A DNA stretch of 64,000 nt from Alphaproteobacteria bacterium (GTDB lineage: Bacteria; Pseudomonadota; Alphaproteobacteria; Rs-D84): the NCBI GenBank assembly GCA_017642585.1, contig JAGCOR010000021.1:4771-68770 (forward strand). The letters are read 5' to 3'. Below are positions 9,355 through 18,851 of this stretch, piece by piece; within the stretch, counting starts at the first letter, position 1, and each line of letters begins with the position of its first letter. A program made the translations under genes and the position numbers. Below the pieces are notes generated by a model that saw only the letters and a list, made by a program, of their open reading frames with translations, ran no database searches and was not told where the DNA came from.

Positions 9355-11754
9355 ATGAACATAGAGTTAGGTAAAAACATAAATCCGCGCGAATTGGAAA
9401 CGAAAATCCAAGAATTTTGGGATGCTAATGATTTCTGGACAAATGATGTAAACAGCGATAAAAAATCGTTCTGTATAATGATGCCCCCACCAAACGTTAC
9501 AGGTAATTTGCATATGGGGCATGCGTTGGATAATGTTTTGACCGATATTATCTGCAGATATAAGCGTATGTGTGGTTATGATGTTTTGTGGCAACCTGGG
9601 ACTGACCATGCCGCTATCGCTACACAATTATTGATTGAACGTGATTTATCTAAACGCGGTATAAATCCAAATTCTTTGACATTGGATGAAAAATTGCATG
9701 CTGCATGGGATTGGACCAAAGAATATGGTGGTCAAATTATCAATCAATTGCATATTTTGGGTGCAACACCTGTTTGGAAACGCGAAAGATTTACTATGGA
9801 TGCGGGACTGTCCAGTGCGGTTACAAAATTGTTTGTCAGCATGTATAAAGAGGGTTTAATTTATCGTGCAGAACGCATGGTTAATTGGTGCCCAAAACAA
9901 CAAACAACCGTTTCTGATTTAGAAATTGATACCCGTGAAGAACATGGTAAATTCTATTATTTCAATTATCCATTGGTTGATGGTGGTTTTATTGAAATTG
10001 CAACAACACGTCCTGAAACTTTGTTTGGGGATAAAGCAATTGCAATTCATCCAGAAAACGAAAAATTAAAACATTTGATTGGCAAACACGCAATCATTCC
10101 ATTAACAAATATTGAAATTCCTGTGATTGCAGATGAACACGCAGATCCTGAAAAGGGAACTGGTGCGGTGAAAATTACACCTGCACACGATTTCGACGAC
10201 TGGGAAGTTGGTAAACGTCATAATTTGGAACCTTTGTGCATTTTAACACCAGATGCAAAATTAAATAATGAATCTGTGGTTCCTGAAAAATATCGTGGCA
10301 TGGATAGATATGTTGCACGTAAAGCAATTATTGAAGATATTGAAGCCGCGGGTTTAATGGTCAAGATAGAAGACAAAGTTATTCCAACACCATATTCAGA
10401 ACGTGGTGGTGTGCCGGTTGAACCTATGATAACAACACAATGGTTTGTAGATGCTGAAAAATTGGCACAACCTGCTATCAAGGCAGTGGAAGAAGGCAAA
10501 ATTAAATTTATGCCCGAACACAGATATAATTTGTTTATGGCATGGATGAAAAATATTCGTCCTTGGAATATTTCTCGTCAATTATGGTGGGGACATCATA
10601 TACCTGCGTGGTATGACGAAGAAGGAAATGTTTATGTTGCAGAAACCGAAAGTGAGGCAATTAAACAATCTGGTGGTAAAAAATTGACACAAGATCCAGA
10701 TACTTTGGATACTTGGTTTTCATCGGGTCAATGGCCATTTGCTACATTGGGTTGGCCAGATAAAACAGCGGAATTGAAAAAATATTATCCAACAGATTAT
10801 TTGTGCACCGGTTCAGATTTAATATTCTTCTGGGTTGCACGTATGATAATGATGTCTATGTATACCATGGGTGATGTTCCGTTCAAGACGGTTTATTTGC
10901 ATGGTATGGTTGTGGATAAATTCGGCAAAAAAATGTCCAAGAGCAAGGGCAACGGTACCGACCCATTGGAAGCAATCGAAAAATTCGGTTCAGACGCAAT
11001 TCGTTATTGGGTTGCGACTGCACCAATTGGAACAAATTTGCCATATAACGAAGATGAAGTTAAACGTGGTTCAAAATTATTAACTAAATTGTGGAATGTT
11101 GCAAAATTCGTATTGATGAATTTGACAGATTTTGAACCAGATAGTGCAAAACAAATTCCTGTGGCTGAACGTTTTATCGAAGACAGATGGATTTTATCTG
11201 AATTAAATAAAACTGTTGCAGAAACACGCAAAAATTTGGATAAATATTTCAATTATAATGCGCGCAGTGCGATTGATACATTCTTCTGGGATGTGTTGTG
11301 CGATCAATATATCGAATTTGTCAAAGACAGATTCTGGAACCCTGAAAAATACAGTGCGGAATCAAAATTGGCTGCACAATGGACTTTGTACACAGTATTG
11401 CGTGCGGTAATTGCATTGTATGCACCATTTATTCCATTTATCACAGAAGAATTATGGCAACAGATATACAAGAAATACGAAGGTGGCGAAACATTACATT
11501 TGACCCAATATCCAGAAGTTAATTCTGAATATGATACAGATGTTTCCCAAATGGGTATTGCGTTGAATATTTTGAAAAATGTTCGGGGTCTGCGCACAGA
11601 ACGCAAAATTGGTAACGGTGCAAAACTGGAAACTTTGACAATTCCAGATGACACACCGGAAATGTTGCACAGATTGATAAAATCTGCTGCACGTGCAAAC
11701 GAAATTATTCTGGGTAAAGATTTAGATTTTGTTGTTGCGCAAAATAACGGATAA
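9355..11754 (+). CDS. valS: valine--tRNA ligase (short form, no C-terminal coiled coil)
   Basis: PPPNVTGNLHMGHAL (HIGH), KMSKSKGN and TLDTWFSS motifs; 799 aa. Confidence 0.9.
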   Translation: MNIELGKNINPRELETKIQEFWDANDFWTNDVNSDKKSFCIMMPPPNVTGNLHMGHALDNVLTDIICRYKRMCGYDVLWQPGTDHAAIATQLLIERDLSKRGINPNSLTLDEKLHAAWDWTKEYGGQIINQLHILGATPVWKRERFTMDAGLSSAVTKLFVSMYKEGLIYRAERMVNWCPKQQTTVSDLEIDTREEHGKFYYFNYPLVDGGFIEIATTRPETLFGDKAIAIHPENEKLKHLIGKHAIIPLTNIEIPVIADEHADPEKGTGAVKITPAHDFDDWEVGKRHNLEPLCILTPDAKLNNESVVPEKYRGMDRYVARKAIIEDIEAAGLMVKIEDKVIPTPYSERGGVPVEPMITTQWFVDAEKLAQPAIKAVEEGKIKFMPEHRYNLFMAWMKNIRPWNISRQLWWGHHIPAWYDEEGNVYVAETESEAIKQSGGKKLTQDPDTLDTWFSSGQWPFATLGWPDKTAELKKYYPTDYLCTGSDLIFFWVARMIMMSMYTMGDVPFKTVYLHGMVVDKFGKKMSKSKGNGTDPLEAIEKFGSDAIRYWVATAPIGTNLPYNEDEVKRGSKLLTKLWNVAKFVLMNLTDFEPDSAKQIPVAERFIEDRWILSELNKTVAETRKNLDKYFNYNARSAIDTFFWDVLCDQYIEFVKDRFWNPEKYSAESKLAAQWTLYTVLRAVIALYAPFIPFITEELWQQIYKKYEGGETLHLTQYPEVNSEYDTDVSQMGIALNILKNVRGLRTERKIGNGAKLETLTIPDDTPEMLHRLIKSAARANEIILGKDLDFVVAQNNG

Positions 11755-11782
11755 AAGTTATAATGTAAATAGGAAGGGAGCC

Positions 11783-12508
11783 ATGGTAGTAAATAAATTT
11801 GTCCAAGAAAGCGTGTTGAAATCATATCAATGTGATAGATATGGTTTTATGCGTCCTATAACTTTGATGAATGAACTGCAGGGTTTGGCGGGGGAACATG
11901 CTGATATTTTAGGTGCGGGACGTGACGTTTGTCTTTCCAAAGGTATTGCGTGGGTTCTTACCCACATGTTTGTTGATATTGTAGATATGCCACGTGCCAA
12001 GGACAGATTGGTATATGCCACATGGCCGGCGGTTTGTGGACCGGTGCGTTCTGAACGTGATTTTGAAATCAGAGATGAATATGGAAATTTGAAAATTCGC
12101 GCAATCAGCCAATGGGTGTTAATTGATTTACAAACCCGTCGTCCGGTGCGTATATCTGATCATTTCCCAGAATGGACTGGACTGCCAGAACGTGTATGGG
12201 ATCGCGAATTTGATAAATGTCCGGACTTTGTGCCTACAAGAGTCAGGGTTATGGCGTGCAGATTTGATGATATTGACGTTAATCAACACGTAAACAATGC
12301 TGTTTATACCGTATGGGCAACAGAATCTGTTGGTTTTACTTTTAGAAATGAACATAAATTACGCGGTATAGATGTTTACTTTGAACATGAAATATTCCCA
12401 GATACAAAAACTGTTCGTATAGAGGTCGCAATGGATGAAGATGAAACACGTCATAAAATACTGACGGATAATGTAGAACATGCGAAGATGGTTTGTTACT
12501 GGAGATAA
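11783..12508 (+). CDS. acyl-ACP thioesterase family protein
   Basis: Double hot-dog FatA/FatB-like sequence (RYGFMRPITLMNELQ..., DVNQHVNNAVY). Start set at the ATG at 11783 behind an AGGAAGGGAG RBS rather than the track start. Confidence 0.7.
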   Translation: MVVNKFVQESVLKSYQCDRYGFMRPITLMNELQGLAGEHADILGAGRDVCLSKGIAWVLTHMFVDIVDMPRAKDRLVYATWPAVCGPVRSERDFEIRDEYGNLKIRAISQWVLIDLQTRRPVRISDHFPEWTGLPERVWDREFDKCPDFVPTRVRVMACRFDDIDVNQHVNNAVYTVWATESVGFTFRNEHKLRGIDVYFEHEIFPDTKTVRIEVAMDEDETRHKILTDNVEHAKMVCYWR

Positions 12509-12520
12509 AAAAACAGAAAT

Positions 12521-12550
12521 AAAAAAAATCGCCAATCGGCGATTTTTTTT
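12521..12550. terminator. bidirectional rho-independent terminator
   Basis: A-run, atcgcc/ggcgat hairpin, then T-run, between the convergent thioesterase gene and rpmH. Confidence 0.6.
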
Positions 12551-12701
12551 AATTGATTGCGGATACAGCCAAACGTTTACGTCCCGCTGCACGACGACGA
12601 TTCAAAACATCACGTCCGCTTTTAGTTGCCATCTTTTCACGAAATCCGTGTGTCTTTACACGACGGGTTTTAGATGGTTGATATGTTCTTTTTGTTGCCA
12701 T
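12549..12701 (-). CDS. rpmH: 50S ribosomal protein L34
   Basis: My translation of the minus strand gives [50 protein letters not shown], a classic L34 sequence. It falls below the 60-aa ORF-track cutoff. Confidence 0.92.
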   Translation of the reverse strand: MATKRTYQPSKTRRVKTHGFREKMATKSGRDVLNRRRAAGRKRLAVSAIN

Positions 12702-12866
12702 AATTAAATCCTTTTGCCCCTATATTTAATCACACGTTTTATAAAAACGCAACATTTTTATTTACTTTTTACAAGTCCCAGCTTTTTTAACCCTTCCAGA
12801 AACAAATAATATACAAAAACCGCTGCAAATAAGTTCCAAAATGGTAAAAATATTCCGTGCATTTTT

Positions 12867-13304
12867 TTATCTCCCTTGATTTTTTTGGTATTTTTCTGGG
12901 AAAAATACTGTGCCAATAACTAAAATAGCATATTTATCCCGACAAAGTCCATTTTTTAAATTTTCAAAGCAATGTGCCAATGGATTATACGATAAATCGC
13001 ATTTGCCACATTTCCCAGGATTACAAAATTCAATTTGCAATCTGTATTCAAAAGAACGTTCCCATTCCATGGGTGTTTGATTGGACATCCCGTTTGTTAT
13101 ATATTTTTTATAAAACTGGACATACATATTATACAGACAAGAATCCTGTGGAATAGGCGTAGTATCAAGTTTTTGATGATATTTTACTATTTCATCATTA
13201 GGCATATATCCAACCGGTATTAATTCAGGCCATGCATCATATTTGCCGTCTTTGATGCCAGAATGTACAAGTTTTACAAATATGTTATTTTTTTGTATTT
13301 TCAT
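12867..13304 (-). CDS. hypothetical Cys-containing protein
   Basis: 145-aa ORF with CNPGKCGKCD...HCF...C; no family recognised. Confidence 0.4.
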   Translation of the reverse strand: MKIQKNNIFVKLVHSGIKDGKYDAWPELIPVGYMPNDEIVKYHQKLDTTPIPQDSCLYNMYVQFYKKYITNGMSNQTPMEWERSFEYRLQIEFCNPGKCGKCDLSYNPLAHCFENLKNGLCRDKYAILVIGTVFFPEKYQKNQGR

Positions 13305-13442
13305 GTAAATGATGATAATACATATATTGATTTTGTCAAGGTTTTAGTGTCTTGTTTTTTTATGCTTTTTTTTGCTTTATTTCTTGACCGAAACAGTAAA
13401 AATTGGTAGGGTTTATATATCTAAAAAACAAGGGAAAAAGTG

Positions 13443-16217
13443 ATGTCTGAAATAAACGAAATAAATGAAATCAAAGTGCCACAATCTCCAATTGAACACG
13501 AAATGCGAACCAGCTTTTTGGATTACGCGATGTCGGTTATTGTGGATCGTGCTTTGCCAGATGTAAGGGACGGTTGTAAACCTGTGCACAGACGTATTTT
13601 GTACGTTATGAACGAAGTTGCGCCTGCAACAAAATCTACTGTGAAATCTGCCCGTATCGTTGGAGATGTGATGGGACGTTACCATCCACATGGTGATTCT
13701 TCTATTTATGAAGCAATGGCACGTATGGCACAAGATTTCTCGATGGGTGAAATGTTGGTCCAAGGTCAAGGTAACTTTGGTTCCCGTGACGGTGATAAAC
13801 CTGCTGCTATGCGTTATACAGAGGCACGTTTGTCAAAGTTGGGTGCGTCTTTGATGGAAGATTTGGACAAAGATACTGTTGATTGGCAACCAAACTTTGA
13901 TGGTACATTACAAGAACCAATTGTATTGCCAACTAAATTCCCAAATTTCTTGGTCAACGGTGGTTCTGGTATTGCTGTGGGTATGGCAACAAATGTTCCA
14001 ACATATAATTTAGGTGAAGTTTGCAATGGTATTTTAGCTATTTTAGACAACAAAGATATAACCGATGATGAATTGTTTGGAATTATTCCGGGGCCTGATT
14101 TTCCAACTGGTGGAATTATCATGGGACATGCCGGTGCATACAAAGCACACACAACCGGTCGTGGTTCTATCATTGTTCGTTCAAAAACACATTTTGAAAC
14201 TATGCATGATCATCCAGTTATTATTGTTGATGAATTGCCATACCAGGTTAATAAATCACAATTGATTATTAAAATTGCTGAAATGGTCAAAGATAAACGG
14301 ATTGAGGGAATTTCTGATATACGTGATGAATCATCCAAAGAAGGGTTACGTGTTGTTATTGAATTGAAACGCGACACAATGCCAGAGGTTGTATTAAATC
14401 ATTTATTCCAAGATACAGAAATGCAATCTAATTTCCCTGTGAATATGATGGCATTAAATCGCGGTCGTCCAATGTTGTTCACAATAAGAACTGTGTTGGA
14501 TGCGTTTATCGAATTCCGCGAAGAAGTTATCCGCCGCAGAACTATATTTGATTTGAACAAAGCGCGTAATCGTGCACATACTTTGTTGGGATTGTCTGTG
14601 GCTTGCGGTAATTTGGATGAAGTTATTAAATTGATTAAAGAATCTGCAAACCCAGATGAAGCGCGTGTTGCGTTGATTGCACGTGGTTGGGCTGCATCAG
14701 ATATTGAATCTTATATCAATTTGATTGATGATCCAAACACAGAATACAAAGATGGTATGTTCTATATGTCTGAAGATCAAGCCAAGGCAATTTTGGAATT
14801 GCAACTGCACAGATTGACAGGTTTGGAACGTGATAAAATACATAATGATTTGACTGAATTGGGCGCAACAATTAAAGATTTGTTGGCAATATTGGGCAGT
14901 CATGAACGTATTGTTCAAATTATCCGCGAAGAAACCGCTGCGGTGCGTGATAATTGGTCTCAACCACGCAGAACAGAAATATCTGATGCGGAAATTGATA
15001 TAGATATCGAAGATTTAATTGCACGCGAAGACATGGTCGTTACTGTTTCGAATACAGGATATATCAAACGTGTGGCACTGGATACTTACCGTGCACAAAA
15101 ACGTGGTGGCAAGGGACGCAACGCGATGACAACCAAAGAAGACGATTATGTTGTTAATGTGTTTGTTGCAAATACACATACACCGTTATTGTTCTTCTCG
15201 TCCAAAGGATTGTGCTATAAATTAAAAACATATAAATTGCCAGAAGCATCTGCATCAGGCAAGGGACGTCCATTGGTTAATTTGTTGCCTTTGACCGAAG
15301 GCGAAACAATCACAGCTATTTTGCCGGTGCCAGAAGACGAAGTAAAACGTGCCCAAGAATCAGGTGTTGAACATTTCTTGATGTTTGCAACTGCATCTGG
15401 AACAGTGCGTCGTAATCGTATGTCTGATTTTGATTCAATTCGTGCAAATGGAAAAATTGCTATGAAATTAGACGAAGGCGATTCCTTGATTTCTGTATTG
15501 CCATGTAATGAAGGTCAAGACGTGTTCTTGTCAACATATCGCGGACGTTGCATCAGATTTGCAGTTCCTGAAATTCGTATATTCGCAGGACGTAATTCAA
15601 CCGGTGTTCGCGGAATGTCTTTACAGAAAGATGATTATATCATTGGTATGGCTATGTTGAATCATGGTGAATCTGATTCTGTGGTGCGTGCTGCATATGT
15701 AAAGCAAAGTCGTGCTTTGCGTCGTGCACAAACAGGTATCGAAGAAGAAGCAGATGCCGAAGAAGAAAATACAACATTGGTATTAAGCGATGAACAAATG
15801 GCCAAGATGGCATTACGTGAAGAATTCATTTTGACAATCTCTGAAAATGGATTTGGTAAACGTACATCTTCATATGAATATCGTTTAACACATCGTGGCG
15901 GTAACGGATTCACAAATATTAAATTGGGTGGTAAAAATACCGCGGTTGCAGGTTCATTCCCTGTAACAGATGACCAAGATATAATGATGGTTACAAACGG
16001 TGGTAAAATTATCAGAACGCCTGTCGCGGATGTTCGTATCGCAGGTCGTTCTACAGCCGGTGTAACATTGTTCAGAACTGCTGAAAATGAAAAGGTTGTA
16101 TCTGCAATTTCTATCGATCACGAAGAAGAAAATGCGGATGAAAATGTGGAAGTTGTTGAAAACACAGAATCTGGCAATACGACAGAATCTGTGGCCGACA
16201 ACACAGTAGTTGAATAA
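13443..16217 (+). CDS. gyrA: DNA gyrase subunit A
   Basis: [37 protein letters not shown]-terminal beta-pinwheel repeats and an acidic tail. ATG at 13443 sits behind an AGGGAAAAAG RBS. Confidence 0.95.
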   Translation: MSEINEINEIKVPQSPIEHEMRTSFLDYAMSVIVDRALPDVRDGCKPVHRRILYVMNEVAPATKSTVKSARIVGDVMGRYHPHGDSSIYEAMARMAQDFSMGEMLVQGQGNFGSRDGDKPAAMRYTEARLSKLGASLMEDLDKDTVDWQPNFDGTLQEPIVLPTKFPNFLVNGGSGIAVGMATNVPTYNLGEVCNGILAILDNKDITDDELFGIIPGPDFPTGGIIMGHAGAYKAHTTGRGSIIVRSKTHFETMHDHPVIIVDELPYQVNKSQLIIKIAEMVKDKRIEGISDIRDESSKEGLRVVIELKRDTMPEVVLNHLFQDTEMQSNFPVNMMALNRGRPMLFTIRTVLDAFIEFREEVIRRRTIFDLNKARNRAHTLLGLSVACGNLDEVIKLIKESANPDEARVALIARGWAASDIESYINLIDDPNTEYKDGMFYMSEDQAKAILELQLHRLTGLERDKIHNDLTELGATIKDLLAILGSHERIVQIIREETAAVRDNWSQPRRTEISDAEIDIDIEDLIAREDMVVTVSNTGYIKRVALDTYRAQKRGGKGRNAMTTKEDDYVVNVFVANTHTPLLFFSSKGLCYKLKTYKLPEASASGKGRPLVNLLPLTEGETITAILPVPEDEVKRAQESGVEHFLMFATASGTVRRNRMSDFDSIRANGKIAMKLDEGDSLISVLPCNEGQDVFLSTYRGRCIRFAVPEIRIFAGRNSTGVRGMSLQKDDYIIGMAMLNHGESDSVVRAAYVKQSRALRRAQTGIEEEADAEEENTTLVLSDEQMAKMALREEFILTISENGFGKRTSSYEYRLTHRGGNGFTNIKLGGKNTAVAGSFPVTDDQDIMMVTNGGKIIRTPVADVRIAGRSTAGVTLFRTAENEKVVSAISIDHEEENADENVEVVENTESGNTTESVADNTVVE

Positions 16218-16225
16218 ATTTAATA

Positions 16226-16630
16226 ATGCAAAATGGGTTTGGTATGGAAGATACAAATGAATATTTTATTCCTATAAATGAAGTTTCAAAACGGTTGAAC
16301 ATACCGGCCCATACTTTGCGTTATTGGGAAAAACAATTTCCAACAATAATACGTCCAACAACCGGTGCGGGTGGGCGCCGTTATTACAGAAATGAAACTG
16401 TGAATCGTTTTCAAACAATCCAAGATTTGTTATATAATCGCGGTATGACTATTGCTGGTGTCAAAAAAATGATACATAACGGTGAATTTTTGAATACCGA
16501 TACACAGGTGATTAAAAAAACTGCCGATAGAAAAACAAATTTGGAATTTAAATCTGACAATAAAGATAAAAACCAAGAAATAACATTTGCCATAGATTTG
16601 TTAAACCAGGCACATGAATTATTGAGTTAA
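16226..16630 (+). CDS. MerR-family transcriptional regulator
   Basis: N-terminal HTH INEVSKRLNIPAHTLRYWEKQF...GGRRYY. Confidence 0.8.
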   Translation: MQNGFGMEDTNEYFIPINEVSKRLNIPAHTLRYWEKQFPTIIRPTTGAGGRRYYRNETVNRFQTIQDLLYNRGMTIAGVKKMIHNGEFLNTDTQVIKKTADRKTNLEFKSDNKDKNQEITFAIDLLNQAHELLS

Positions 16631-16633
16631 AAA

Positions 16634-17407
16634 ATGGTAAAATATTTACGCGATATAGATAATATTTTTGTCGCCGGCAATCAGCAGATGAAAACTAAAT
16701 CTGATTTGGCTAAATTCATAGAGGCCCCATGTTTGCCCGTATGCGAAGAATTATATGATAAAAATATTTTGACATGTTGGTCATCTGCTAATAAACATAA
16801 TCCAAAAGAAGCTTTTGTTGCAATTCGTTATGAATTTTTAGATGAAGCAAATAAAAAAATCGCAAAAAAATTAGCAACAGACGGAATAATCAAACAATGT
16901 TATCTTGAATCTTTTAACAGCAGTCAAAATCAATATGGTTTGGAATTAAAATTATCTGTGCCAACACATCTGGATATGCCAATTGATGAAATATCTGAAA
17001 AATTAAAAAAATTGTCGGCGCATTTTGTATACCAGGATATAAAATACAATATTTACACACCAACATTTTTACAAAGACAAAATCCATTTTGGAAGGGGGT
17101 TGATTTTCCAAAAGAATATTGTTTCCCAGATTTGAAAAACGCGATTTTTGCACCTGATGATCTATTATATGAAGATATTGGAAACAATCGTCTTTATGAT
17201 GCGTTAAGATTATCTATCCCGTTGGACAGAAAATTAACCACGGATGATATGAAAAAAATCGCCGGAAAAATAGGGTGGATATATAACCCAAATGACGGTT
17301 TGCTGTATAAAGATGCCGAAACTTTAAGACGGCATAATGAATATTTGAAATATAAAAATGCACAAATGGCATTACAAAACCAACAAATTGAAACCCATGT
17401 ACATTAA
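16634..17407 (+). CDS. hypothetical protein
   Basis: 257-aa ORF 3 nt after the MerR gene; no motif recognised. Confidence 0.45.
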   Translation: MVKYLRDIDNIFVAGNQQMKTKSDLAKFIEAPCLPVCEELYDKNILTCWSSANKHNPKEAFVAIRYEFLDEANKKIAKKLATDGIIKQCYLESFNSSQNQYGLELKLSVPTHLDMPIDEISEKLKKLSAHFVYQDIKYNIYTPTFLQRQNPFWKGVDFPKEYCFPDLKNAIFAPDDLLYEDIGNNRLYDALRLSIPLDRKLTTDDMKKIAGKIGWIYNPNDGLLYKDAETLRRHNEYLKYKNAQMALQNQQIETHVH

Positions 17408-17614
17408 TTTATGTTTTTAAAACATTGGGTAAAAATAAATAGGTATGATAAATGACACAAAACAATGGACAGAACACAGGACAAAATAACACCAGCTATA
17501 CACCATTATTAAATTGTGGGTACAGGATGTTTAATGATGATTTTGTTGTTGGCATTGACGACTATGTCTGTGCGTGAATGCAAAAGACATAAAATGTCAT
17601 ATGAAGAATACAAA

Positions 17615-17686
17615 ATAAAACACGAAATGTTTATGGACAGCGTAAATAGGGCCAAACAAAACACAATTGATTACAGGGGAATATAA
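17615..17686 (+). repeat. copy 1 of an about 70-nt repeat encoding the C-terminus of a mini-ORF (...KHEMFMDSVNRAKQNTIDYRGI*)
   Basis: Aligns by eye, with scattered substitutions, to 17834-17904. It lies in a 40-codon ORF (17564-17686) followed by a terminator. Confidence 0.5.
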
Positions 17687-17688
17687 AT

Positions 17689-17716
17689 AAAAAACCGCAA
17701 TATTGGCGGTTTTTTA
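17689..17716 (+). terminator. rho-independent terminator
   Basis: aaccgc..ggcggtt hairpin plus a T-run. Confidence 0.5.
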
Positions 17717-17833
17717 TTTATGGCAATACATACTGTGCAAAGAATTGGGGACTTGTCCAAAATAAATATTTGTTATGGTTATGATTTGTGTTTTTTTTTA
17801 TGCCGTTTTGTGATAAAATATTAATAATTCAAG

Positions 17834-17904
17834 ATAAACATGAAATGTTTATGGCCAGCATAAACAAAGTTAAACAGAATACGTACGAATACAGGGGTAT
17901 GTAG
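17834..17904 (+). repeat. copy 2 of the mini-ORF repeat (...KHEMFMASINKVKQNTYEYRGM*), overlapping the next gene's start
   Basis: 35-codon ORF 17800-17904. Its TAG stop shares a G with the GTG start at 17904 (TAGTG). Confidence 0.5.
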
Positions 17905-18851
17905 TGAAAAAAATATTGATTTCTTTATGTGTTCTGCTGATTTCAAATATCGCGCATGCGGATTTGTTGCCGTTGGATGATGCGTTGCGTGCGACATATA
18001 CAGCATGTGTTGGAATTGAAAGCGAATTGGCAGAATTAAAAAAATTAGCGGGCATAGGTACTGCTGTATCTGGTGTTGGAACAGGATTGGGTGCCGGGGC
18101 AACAGTTGTAGGTATTCTTAAAACCGCAAAAGACAGACAGATAGAATCATACGAAAAGTTATTACAAGAATTACGCGAAATGCAGGAAAAAAATGCACCC
18201 GCAGAATCCACTACAACCGAACAGGCAGAAGCATTCGAACAAGAATTTAATGCTGCCTATGATACTGCTGTGCAAGATATCGAAAAATACAATGCGGAAT
18301 TGGAAAAATTAACAAAACAATCAAAAAGTTTGGGTAATTGGAGAACCGGGTTGATGGCTGGTGCGGCAGTGTCAAATATTGCTGGTGTGGTTGTATCAAC
18401 CAAAGGGCGTAAAGACAATAATCTGGAAGTTAGAATAAGTGATTGTTTAAAATCTTTGGATGATTTAAATAATTCTATGATGCAGGCACGTATTAATGGC
18501 GAAGATATATCGGAAGCCCAGTCTATTATTACTGCATGTCGTGAATATAGTACGGTTGATGTTAAACCTATATCTAACCGTCAAATTGGGGCCCAGGTTT
18601 CATCAATTGTTGGTGCTACAACAGGTGTTGCTGGAACTGTTACATCTGCGATGGCGAACAGCGACAAGGTAAGAAACGACAATACAGATAGTGGAAAAAA
18701 GAAAGAAAAGAATTTGAATACTGCATCAAATGTGTTGGCGGGAACAACGACGGTTGCATCCGCAGCTGCTACAGTGTTCAATGCCACACAGATATCTGCA
18801 ATAAAACGTGTGGTCAGTGTGGCTGAGAAATGTGAGGGGGTGTTAAAATGA
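17904..18851 (+). CDS. exported protein with four glycine-zipper-like small-residue helices
   Basis: Signal peptide MKKILISLCVLLISNIAHA, four G/A/T/V-rich segments and coiled-coil linkers; the stop overlaps the next ATG. Confidence 0.6.
   Translation: MKKILISLCVLLISNIAHADLLPLDDALRATYTACVGIESELAELKKLAGIGTAVSGVGTGLGAGATVVGILKTAKDRQIESYEKLLQELREMQEKNAPAESTTTEQAEAFEQEFNAAYDTAVQDIEKYNAELEKLTKQSKSLGNWRTGLMAGAAVSNIAGVVVSTKGRKDNNLEVRISDCLKSLDDLNNSMMQARINGEDISEAQSIITACREYSTVDVKPISNRQIGAQVSSIVGATTGVAGTVTSAMANSDKVRNDNTDSGKKKEKNLNTASNVLAGTTTVASAAATVFNATQISAIKRVVSVAEKCEGVLK

Noticed and set aside
12480-12707. 75-aa plus-strand ORF in the track
   Set aside because: It is the antisense shadow of rpmH (L34) and of the bidirectional terminator. 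The minus-strand translation is an unmistakable L34.
17452-17686. TGA-as-Trp recoding to join the two overlapping mini-ORFs
   Set aside because: Reading through the TGA at 17575 meets a TAA four codons later, so joining them needs a frame change. The UGA readthrough idea does not help, and other genes here appear to use ordinary stops.
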